IMG/VR virus record: IMGVR_UViG_3300006217_000024
Length of the DNA: 64,000 nt
Origin: an uncultured virus (IMG/VR IMGVR_UViG_3300006217_000024)
Lineage: Duplodnaviria > Heunggongvirae > Uroviricota > Caudoviricetes
Direction: 5' to 3' (one strand)
In this document: positions 27,257 through 34,538 of the stretch, piece by piece
Position numbering within the stretch: position 1 is the stretch's first letter
Layout: every line of letters begins with the position of its first letter
Made by a program: the position numbers and the translations under genes
The notes under the pieces: model-generated
Database searches by the model: none
What the model saw: only the letters and a program-made list of their open reading frames with translations
What the model was told of the DNA's origin: nothing

Positions 27257-27904
27257 CTACTCCATCTCTCCATTCGCTTGGAACCAGACGACCTTGCCGC
27301 CGTATTCCACTGTTCGCTCATCGTCAGAGGTGATGACGATATCCTTGTTATCTGGGTTGAAGCTGTCAGGAGACAGCACGAGCGTGGAGGCCGTCCGGAA
27401 CATCCGGCGCATGACCGTATCCACGCCGTCGATGGTCACCACGGCCACGCTCCCGTTCTGAGGCTCCTTGTTCGGAGAGACGAAGATGATGCATCCCTCC
27501 GGATATACCCTGTTCATGCAGTCGCCCTCGGAGGTACAGGCATAGAGATCCGGATCAGCGTCTATGAGGAACTGAGGAGCGAGGACCATCTCTTCCTCAT
27601 ATACATCCGGCTCTACTGGCGTGCCCATATGCACGCGGCCACGAAGGGGCACGTAGCCCATCTCCATACCCTTGACAGGACGGGCGCCGGGGACGGTAGC
27701 GCTTTCCGGTGCCTCATCAACGACAGCAGATAGTGGAACTTTGAATATAGTCGCCAGCTGCTCAACCTTACCCATCCTTGGCTGCGACCAGCCGGTCTCC
27801 CATTGAGTAACGGTAGCACGAGTAACTCCAAGTTTCTCCGCAAGCTGCTCTTGAGTCAGCCGCGCTTCTTTTCTCAGGCGCTTTATATTTTCTGCAACGG
27901 TCAT
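27257..27904 (-). CDS. CI/LexA-like repressor (XRE HTH plus S24 peptidase)
   Basis: LTQEQLAEKLGVTRATVTQWETG; VPLRGRVHMG; EGDCM; GGAGGA RBS. Confidence 0.92.
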   Translation of the reverse strand: MTVAENIKRLRKEARLTQEQLAEKLGVTRATVTQWETGWSQPRMGKVEQLATIFKVPLSAVVDEAPESATVPGARPVKGMEMGYVPLRGRVHMGTPVEPDVYEEEMVLAPQFLIDADPDLYACTSEGDCMNRVYPEGCIIFVSPNKEPQNGSVAVVTIDGVDTVMRRMFRTASTLVLSPDSFNPDNKDIVITSDDERTVEYGGKVVWFQANGEME

Positions 27905-27949
27905 GAATTCCTCCGTGTCGCATTTAACGAACATTTTAGTTATATTTAC

Positions 27950-27979
27950 TTGACATTACAATGTTTGTTTGATTAACAT
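27950..27979 (+). promoter_or_regulatory. Probable rightward early promoter
   Basis: TTGACA, 18 bp, TAACAT in AT-rich divergent intergenic region; overlapping AATGTT/AACATT inverted repeat. Confidence 0.6.
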
Positions 27980-28001
27980 TCGATATGACGAGAGGAGGAA
28001 C

Positions 28002-28199
28002 ATGAAGACCCTAAAAGAGGTTCGCGAAGAGCGTGGGATCAAGCAACTCGCCGTTGCGGAACATCTAGGTATTGCGCGGCAAACTTATGCAGGTTACGAG
28101 GACAATCCTCAGTCCATGAGCATCGCACAAGCGCAAGCAGTGTGTAAATTTCTTCATTGCCCCATCGAAGAAATTTTTTTGAGCCAAGAGGTTAATTAA
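28002..28199 (+). CDS. Cro-like HTH regulator
   Basis: LKEVREERGIKQLAVAEHLGIARQTY; divergent from repressor; GAGGAGG RBS. Confidence 0.88.
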   Translation: MKTLKEVREERGIKQLAVAEHLGIARQTYAGYEDNPQSMSIAQAQAVCKFLHCPIEEIFLSQEVN

Positions 28200-28219
28200 A
28201 AGAACATATTGAGCGCACT

Positions 28220-28564
28220 TTGACAACCGAATACCTCGAACGATGGCCACCGGAAACGGAGGCACTAATGAACGACTCTGAAACACGCCTCGACCACTAC
28301 CTCATTCGCTATGAGCTAGATACCGAAGGCGTAGTATCCGTGGAGGCCACGTCCCCAGACGAGGCTCTGAGAGCGTTCAGGGACGTCAAGCCTTCTAGCC
28401 TCTATTCGGCTCGCAAGGTGCAGAGGCTGGATAGATTCGGCCATGTTGTCTGGGAGGACGAGGTGATAAGCCTGTCGAGAGGGCTCGGCAGGGACCGGCC
28501 AAAGACTGTTTCGCTCAGAGATAGGCTCAGAGCCTGGCTAGGCCGAGATCGCTGCAATCGCTGA
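28220..28564 (+). CDS. Hypothetical protein (start uncertain, possibly 28268)
   Basis: ORF downstream of cro; GGAGG before ATG 28268. Confidence 0.5.
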   Translation: MTTEYLERWPPETEALMNDSETRLDHYLIRYELDTEGVVSVEATSPDEALRAFRDVKPSSLYSARKVQRLDRFGHVVWEDEVISLSRGLGRDRPKTVSLRDRLRAWLGRDRCNR

Positions 28565-28957
28565 TCGTATGAGATCGGGGATGAAGGCTCCGCCGAGCGT
28601 GCCGCTGAACAGAGCCATGGTACCGCAGACGATCGCAACCTTATAGTCATGCTTGCGCTGCTCGACAGTTCTCTTCTTCTCGTTCGCGCAGTCTTCTTCA
28701 TAGCCCTCAATGAAATCGAATCCTTTGATCGTTACATATTGGAACTCAATGACATTGGACTCAAGACAATCGGCTTCGACGAGACCGTGTCGGGCGAGTC
28801 CCAAGAGCAGCTTATATTGGTCGGTTTCATAGTTGCAGTCGCACCCTTTAGGGTCTAGCACAGATGCCGGATCACGCCCGTCTCGCACCGCGTCAACCAT
28901 GCTCTGAAGCATCTCATACTCGCTTTTCCACAGCTCTACGTCATTGACTTTGTACAC
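28538..28957 (-). CDS. Counter-oriented accessory protein with C-terminal membrane segment
   Basis: GAGGAG RBS before GTG 28957; VTIKGFDF and hydrophobic C-terminus. Confidence 0.6.
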   Translation of the reverse strand: MYKVNDVELWKSEYEMLQSMVDAVRDGRDPASVLDPKGCDCNYETDQYKLLLGLARHGLVEADCLESNVIEFQYVTIKGFDFIEGYEEDCANEKKRTVEQRKHDYKVAIVCGTMALFSGTLGGAFIPDLIRSAIAAISA

Positions 28958-29035
28958 AGCGGCTCCTCTCAACGAGGAGATTCTAACAAGGCGGCCATCG
29001 TTCGAGGCATTCGGTGCACAAGAGAGGAGAAGGAC

Positions 29036-29329
29036 ATGAGACGCGTTGTAACTCTGCACTACGACGATATGATCCGCGATCTCGCTACACAGCTTCACGG
29101 AGTGATGGAGCGCGCCCGTGCCATCTGGAAGGCGCACGGTATCAAGGGCACAGATCCCGACTGGAGAACATACTGCCTTGAGATGGCGCCGTCTGCTGTG
29201 AGCGCACGCACATCGATCCTCTCTCTCGCCAATCTCTTCGAAACGGACACCGAGACCGTCATCCGGGATATCGCAGCCTACGTAGAGCCACTAGAAGACC
29301 TTTACAACGTGCGCAAACCAAGGCACTGA
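29036..29329 (+). CDS. Hypothetical protein
   Basis: Purine-rich RBS; co-oriented with early genes. Confidence 0.6.
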   Translation: MRRVVTLHYDDMIRDLATQLHGVMERARAIWKAHGIKGTDPDWRTYCLEMAPSAVSARTSILSLANLFETDTETVIRDIAAYVEPLEDLYNVRKPRH

Positions 29330-29341
29330 AAGGAGGTTTAG

Positions 29342-29539
29342 GTGGAGTGGTTAGAGCTCACGATCAAGCTCATCGGGGCAGCAGGTTTTCTTATGTTCGG
29401 CCTTTCGGTCATCCATGAACAGGGAAAGCTGCGCAGAGATGTTCGGAAACTAGAGAAGCAACTTGATCAGCTCAACTATAAGGGGCGAAAGAGCGCTGAC
29501 GATCACGCCAACGACAGATCTGATCGTCGTCTTCCGTGA
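29342..29539 (+). CDS. Small membrane protein
   Basis: AAAGGAGG RBS; N-terminal hydrophobic helix plus coiled coil. Confidence 0.6.
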   Translation: MEWLELTIKLIGAAGFLMFGLSVIHEQGKLRRDVRKLEKQLDQLNYKGRKSADDHANDRSDRRLP

Positions 29540-29694
29540 ATTTCGGTACTCGCATTCGCGCTTTCGCGTTTCCCGCACGTCCATATGTTTCGGCATCTTC
29601 CGCATGCCGCAAGGGTATCCCGGGTGTCGCTTGTCACTCATATCGCGAGGGTAAGCCTGCCGTCACCGCAGGCCAGAAAGGAAAGGAGAACCAG

Positions 29695-29901
29695 ATGGCA
29701 GAAGAGATCACGAGCATCTCGATCACGAAGAACGACTCAGGTGCGCCGAATGTCGAGGTGCGCAGCGAGGCGCTCAAGGGTGCATCACTGAAGTACGCGC
29801 GCCTGGACGTCAATACGGGCGAGCTGCTCGTGGTGTGTGAACCGAAGCCGGAGAACATCCCCGAGGGCTGGGGATTCGAATCCGAGTTCAGGCCGAGGTG
29901 A
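29695..29901 (+). CDS. Hypothetical protein
   Basis: AAAGGAG RBS before ATG 29695. Confidence 0.6.
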   Translation: MAEEITSISITKNDSGAPNVEVRSEALKGASLKYARLDVNTGELLVVCEPKPENIPEGWGFESEFRPR

Positions 29902-29955
29902 GCTGATGGCCCGCAGACGCAAGAGGCGCGTGCTGCGGCGCCCGGGTGGTGACCT

Positions 29956-30165
29956 ATGAGAACGAATGAGAACGACTCGAAGCTCGTGGCCTACTGCCAT
30001 ACCTGCGAACACGAGACCGTCTGGAAACCCGCCAAGCGTTTGCATGTCATAGGCGATGAGGTCGGCTGCACGGACTCGCTCATGTGCGAGGCCTGCGGCA
30101 GGAACGTGATGATCGAAAAGTTCAGCGAATACCAGGCAACTGGATGGGTAAGGCTCGGAGCCTGA
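29956..30165 (+). CDS. Zinc-ribbon protein
   Basis: CHTC...CEACG. Confidence 0.55.
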   Translation: MRTNENDSKLVAYCHTCEHETVWKPAKRLHVIGDEVGCTDSLMCEACGRNVMIEKFSEYQATGWVRLGA

Positions 30166-30175
30166 GAGGGCACCT

Positions 30176-30220
30176 TGCCCGAAGCGGGTCGGGATAACTC
30201 GGACGGACCCGCTTCGGGCA
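30176..30220. repeat. Perfect 15-bp inverted repeat (intergenic hairpin)
   Basis: TGCCCGAAGCGGGTC, 15 nt, GACCCGCTTCGGGCA. Confidence 0.85.
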
Positions 30221-30246
30221 GGGACTCACGAAAGAGAGGAGGAGAC

Positions 30247-30570
30247 ATGATCGAGAAGCGAAGCAAGGCGGACGTGCCGCGGATCCAGCAGCCAATACGG
30301 CAGCGCAGACCCGAGAGCGCGTTCGCGAGACGGCAGGTGGCCGAGTTCCTGGCAAGTGGGCTGGATCTGGCGGAGATCACGAAGATCCCGACGGCGTACA
30401 ACACCACGCGCCTCTACGGCGCTCTAGGAAACGCTATCTGGAGACTCTGCGACCGTCCGAGATCCGTCCGGCCGATCAGGCGGGGCGGCCGCCTGTTCCT
30501 GGCGAAAGAGGAGGTGGCACGTGAGCTCTACCGCGACCATGGCGCAAGCCGAGCCCATCCAGTGGCCTAA
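30247..30570 (+). CDS. Hypothetical protein
   Basis: GAGGAGGAG RBS before ATG 30247. Confidence 0.6.
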   Translation: MIEKRSKADVPRIQQPIRQRRPESAFARRQVAEFLASGLDLAEITKIPTAYNTTRLYGALGNAIWRLCDRPRSVRPIRRGGRLFLAKEEVARELYRDHGASRAHPVA

Positions 30571-30766
30571 CTCGCTGGAGCTGCCGCTCTACGTGAGCAT
30601 CGACCAGGCAGCTGAGCTGGCCGGGGTGGCTCGCGAGGTCATGGCGGCCTGGGTCGACGCAGTGGCCGATCCCATCCCGCACATCAGGGTGGGAGCCAAG
30701 GGCCGCAAGCGGTTGATCCGCACAGCGGCCATACCGGAGTACATGAGGCGAAAGGAGACGAGGTGA
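30521..30766 (+). CDS. Excisionase-like HTH DNA-binding protein
   Basis: YVSIDQAAELAGV...IPHIRVG...RLI. Confidence 0.75.
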   Translation: MSSTATMAQAEPIQWPNSLELPLYVSIDQAAELAGVAREVMAAWVDAVADPIPHIRVGAKGRKRLIRTAAIPEYMRRKETR

Positions 30767-31266
30767 CGAAGGAAGGTGCGAGAGCGGGAGAGCGCGGTGC
30801 GGTCTTGGCGGATGCGCCGCGCCCCTCCCATGCCACCAGTTCACGGAGGCAGGACGTATCGTACCGCACGCCTCACCGGACCTGCATCCGCACCGCGAAG
30901 GAAGCGGCGCGGCAGGCGGCCGCATGGGGCCGGAACAGAGGGGCCGACGGCATGACGAACTTCGACGCGATGGAGCTGGCTTGGAAGCGGCTCCATCGTT
31001 CGCTTTCGCCCGATGCCCTGCGGGCTGACCCCGCCAGGATCGAGGCGGAGATCCTCCGCCTGGAGCATGAGCGCGGCCTGGAGCGCCGATGGCTCCCCGC
31101 CCTTGAGCGCCTCATGGCCATGGACAGCCCGCAGCTGCTCTCCGTCCGCAGGCCCCGGCGCGACGAGCGCCTGGACACCCAGGGCGGGGATGCGGTGCTG
31201 CGCCTGCTCTTCCGCGACGTGACGGGCGGACGGACCCCCCAGGTCAGATCCTGGAGGCTCGCTTAA
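30763..31266 (+). CDS. Hypothetical protein (start uncertain, possibly 30952)
   Basis: GTGA overlap with upstream stop. Confidence 0.45.
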   Translation: MTKEGARAGERGAVLADAPRPSHATSSRRQDVSYRTPHRTCIRTAKEAARQAAAWGRNRGADGMTNFDAMELAWKRLHRSLSPDALRADPARIEAEILRLEHERGLERRWLPALERLMAMDSPQLLSVRRPRRDERLDTQGGDAVLRLLFRDVTGGRTPQVRSWRLA

Positions 31267-31267
31267 C

Positions 31268-31822
31268 GTGGGGCGCCGCAGGACATGGACGGCGGCCGAG
31301 GTCGCGTGGCTGGCCGAGCAGGCGGGCAAGGTCCCCCTGCCGCAGATCGCGCGCGCCCTGGAGCGCTCCGAGATGTCCGTGAAGCTGATGGCGCACCGGC
31401 AGGGGATCTCGTTGCGTTGCAGCAGATGGGGCCTCTCCTGGTGCCCGTCATGCGCCTCATGGAGGGGCGCGCTGCGGCCTGACGGCACCTGCCGGGTGTG
31501 CTTCAAGCGCCAGCAGGCGGAGCGCGACCGCGAGGAGTGCGAGCAGATCCTGTCCGCCCTCTCCCCTGCGCGCCGGACGGAGTTCCTGGCGAACTCCTCC
31601 AAGAGCCGCGGGACCGTGAAGCCCCTGCCGCCGCGCCCTGCCATGCCGCGGAGCTGCGCGGTGAGCGCCTACGAGCGCCAGCGCGCACAGAAGCGCCATG
31701 CGCTGGCCGTGGAAGCCTGGGAGCTGGCGTGCGCCGTGCGCGCGTACGACCGCGAGAAGCAGCGCCTGTCGCGGCTGCGCAAGATCGCGAAAAGCGATTG
31801 TGTGGATTTTGTGAACGAATGA
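31268..31822 (+). CDS. HTH plus zinc-finger protein (possible regulator)
   Basis: WTAAE...QIARALERS; CPSC...CRVC. Confidence 0.6.
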   Translation: MGRRRTWTAAEVAWLAEQAGKVPLPQIARALERSEMSVKLMAHRQGISLRCSRWGLSWCPSCASWRGALRPDGTCRVCFKRQQAERDREECEQILSALSPARRTEFLANSSKSRGTVKPLPPRPAMPRSCAVSAYERQRAQKRHALAVEAWELACAVRAYDREKQRLSRLRKIAKSDCVDFVNE

Positions 31823-31856
31823 AAGTTTTGAAACCTTACCAGTTCAGGAGGCGATT

Positions 31857-32318
31857 TTGAAGACATTCATCAGCATCGAACTAGACCTCGGGGAGACCCT
31901 GGAGGACGCTGCGCAGCAGCTGTTCGGCAAGAGGGAGCGCATCTGCTCCTGCACCACGGACGAGACCGGCCCGGCACCGGCGGACGCGCCCGAAGAGGCA
32001 CCCGCAGAGGAGCCTGTGCTGGCGCAGAAGCGCAAGGCAGCGGCCGCACGCGCGACCGCGCGCGAGAAGGCGAAGGCCGAGAAGGCCAAGGAAGGGGCCG
32101 AGCCTGCGGAGGAGGCCAAAGCGGAGACGGCGGAAGCGCCTGCAGCAGGATCTTCCGATGCCCCCTCGCGCGAAGACGTGCGACGGGCCGCCATGGCCAA
32201 GATGAACGAGGGCAAGCGCGAGGGCGTGGAGGACATCCTCAAGGACCACGGCGGCACCCTGAAGGACGTGCCCGAGGCCGACCTGGCGGACGTCCTGGCC
32301 GAGATCGAGGCGCTCTGA
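31857..32318 (+). CDS. Ala/Glu-rich protein typical upstream of DUF2800
   Basis: AGGAGG RBS; PSREDVR...LKDVPE C-terminus. Confidence 0.7.
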   Translation: MKTFISIELDLGETLEDAAQQLFGKRERICSCTTDETGPAPADAPEEAPAEEPVLAQKRKAAAARATAREKAKAEKAKEGAEPAEEAKAETAEAPAAGSSDAPSREDVRRAAMAKMNEGKREGVEDILKDHGGTLKDVPEADLADVLAEIEAL

Positions 32319-33580
32319 TGGCGCCTCGCGCCCATGCCCTCCTGGGCGCGAGCTCCGCGCACCGCTGGCTCACCTGCACCCCTTCAGCCCGTCTGGAGGA
32401 GGCGCAGGGAGAGCCGGACCGCGGCAGCGTCTACGCGGACGAGGGCACGGCCGCCCATGAGTACGCTGAGATCCTCCTCTCCCACCGTCTGGACAAGATC
32501 AACAACCGCTCCTTCTCCGGCCGCATGAAGAAGGTGAAGGCCGGGCAGTTCTGGGGGCCTGAGATGGAGGAGGCCATCAACGACTACGCCGACTACGTGC
32601 TGGAGACCGTGGAGGGCTGCCGGATGCTGGACCCGGAGGTCTACGTGGACCTGGAGCAGCGCGTGGACTACTCCGCCTACGTGCCTGAAGGGTTCGGCAC
32701 GGCGGACGTCTGCGTGATCGCGGACGGCACGCTGCACGTGATCGATCTGAAGTACGGCAAGGGCGTGGCCGTCTCGGCCGTGGACAACCCGCAGCTGCGC
32801 CTCTACACCCTGGGCGCTGCGCTCAAGTACCGAGTGCTCTTCGGCTTCGAGGACGTGGCCATGACCATCATGCAGCCGCGCTTGGGGTCCGTCTCCACCG
32901 ACACCTTGACGCTGGACGGGCTCCTCATGTGGGCCGAGACCGTGGTGAGGCCTGCGGCGGAGCTGGCCTATGAGGGCAAGGGCGAGCTGCACCCGTCCGA
33001 GAGCGCGTGCCGCTGGTGCCGCGTGAAGGCCACCTGCCGCGCCCGTGCGGACGAGGCCATCGCCCGGGCGTGCACCGAGTTCGATGACGGGCCGGGCTTC
33101 GCGGAAGCGCGCTTCGACGCGGCGAACCCGCCCACGCCGGAGGACGTCACGGACCACGCGCCGCTGCCGGAGCTGCTCACCACCGATGAGGTGGCGGCGC
33201 TCCTGCCGGCGCTCCCTCGCATCCAGGCCTGGGCCAAGGACATGGAGGACTGGGCGCTGGAGCAGGCGCGCGACCACGGCGTGCGCTTCCCCGGCTACAA
33301 GCTGGTGGAAGGGCGCAGCGTCCGCAAGATCGTGGACGCTGAGGGAGCTGACGAGGCTCTGGAGCGAGCCGGATATGACGCCGAGGACATCTACAAGGCC
33401 CCGGAGCTCAAGCCCATCGGGCAGCTGGAGAAGCTGCTCGGCAAGAAGAAGTTCGAAGAGGTCCTGGGCGAGTACGTGGAGAAACCCGCCGGCAAACCCA
33501 CGCTCGTGCCCGAGGACGACAAGCGCCCGGAGATCAACAGCACCGAGAGCGCCATCGCAGATTTCGAGGGGGCCGCATGA
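32318..33580 (+). CDS. DUF2800 family PD-(D/E)xK nuclease
   Basis: HALLGASSAHRW, GFGTAD, IDLKYGKG, NPQLRLY, CRWC. Confidence 0.9.
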   Translation: MAPRAHALLGASSAHRWLTCTPSARLEEAQGEPDRGSVYADEGTAAHEYAEILLSHRLDKINNRSFSGRMKKVKAGQFWGPEMEEAINDYADYVLETVEGCRMLDPEVYVDLEQRVDYSAYVPEGFGTADVCVIADGTLHVIDLKYGKGVAVSAVDNPQLRLYTLGAALKYRVLFGFEDVAMTIMQPRLGSVSTDTLTLDGLLMWAETVVRPAAELAYEGKGELHPSESACRWCRVKATCRARADEAIARACTEFDDGPGFAEARFDAANPPTPEDVTDHAPLPELLTTDEVAALLPALPRIQAWAKDMEDWALEQARDHGVRFPGYKLVEGRSVRKIVDAEGADEALERAGYDAEDIYKAPELKPIGQLEKLLGKKKFEEVLGEYVEKPAGKPTLVPEDDKRPEINSTESAIADFEGAA

Positions 33581-33924
33581 ACGCGGACGCCAAGATCATA
33601 GGCGTGCACGATCGCGCCACATACAAGCCGATGACCGTGTTCCGCATGTACCCGGAGAACGCCCACGAGGCGCGGATCCTTTCTCGTGGAGGGTTCGGTG
33701 CGCATCCAGAGGAGTACACGTTCTTCTATGACTGGAACTCACAAGAGTGCACATATGACCCCTTCAAGCTGAAGGATCAGTACACCTGCGGAGAGGCTGC
33801 GCGCTACATCCGCAAGATCGGCTTCGACGCTCTGGAACCTGGCGCCTTCATCGACTGCGAATACCTCCGCGGCGAGAAAGAAGCGCCCGTGAGCTTCGAG
33901 GACGAATTCGATTATCCCTACTGA
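33577..33924 (+). CDS. Hypothetical protein
   Basis: ATGA overlap; in replication operon. Confidence 0.65.
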   Translation: MNADAKIIGVHDRATYKPMTVFRMYPENAHEARILSRGGFGAHPEEYTFFYDWNSQECTYDPFKLKDQYTCGEAARYIRKIGFDALEPGAFIDCEYLRGEKEAPVSFEDEFDYPY

Positions 33925-33941
33925 CAGACAGGAGAACCGCC

Positions 33942-34535
33942 ATGGCAGACGCCAACAAGCAAGCAACGAAAGTCATCACTGACGAGGTTCGCCTCAGCTT
34001 CGTGCACGCCCTGGAGCCCGACAGCTTCGACGGGGGCGAGCCGAAGTACTCGGTCACGGTCTTGATCCCGAAGGACAACAAGGCCCTGCTGGGCAGGATC
34101 AAAGCGGCGATCAATGCCGCCAAGGAGTACGGCAAGACCGCCAAATGGAACGGCAAGATCCCGAAGGACCTCAAATCTCCCATCCACGATGGGGACGACA
34201 CGGAATACGAGGGCTATGAGGAGATGATCTACATCCGAGCCATCTCCAAGAACAAGCCCGGCATCATCGACCGCTACAAGCAGCCTGTGACCGACAGCAA
34301 CGGCATCTACTCCGGCTGCTATGGGCGCGTCTCGATCAACTTCTACCCCTACAACACCAAGGGCAACAAGGGCGTGGCGGCCGGGCTCAACAACATCCAG
34401 GTGCTGCGTGATGGGGAGCCCTTCGGCGGCCGCAGCAGCGCAGAGCACGACTTCGATGATGACTTCTGCGACCAGTACGAGGGCGAGGATCCCTTCGAGG
34501 GTGACGAGGGCCTCAACGATCTGCTGGGGCTCTAG
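33942..34535 (+). CDS. DUF2815 family ssDNA-binding protein
   Basis: VRLSF, KYSV, YSGCYGR, GNKGVAAGLNNIQ, acidic tail. Confidence 0.9.
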   Translation: MADANKQATKVITDEVRLSFVHALEPDSFDGGEPKYSVTVLIPKDNKALLGRIKAAINAAKEYGKTAKWNGKIPKDLKSPIHDGDDTEYEGYEEMIYIRAISKNKPGIIDRYKQPVTDSNGIYSGCYGRVSINFYPYNTKGNKGVAAGLNNIQVLRDGEPFGGRSSAEHDFDDDFCDQYEGEDPFEGDEGLNDLLGL

Positions 34536-34538
34536 CCC

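Noticed and set aside
32318..33580. Cas4 of a CRISPR system
   Set aside because: Context is the usual DUF2800-DUF2815-PolA phage replication module
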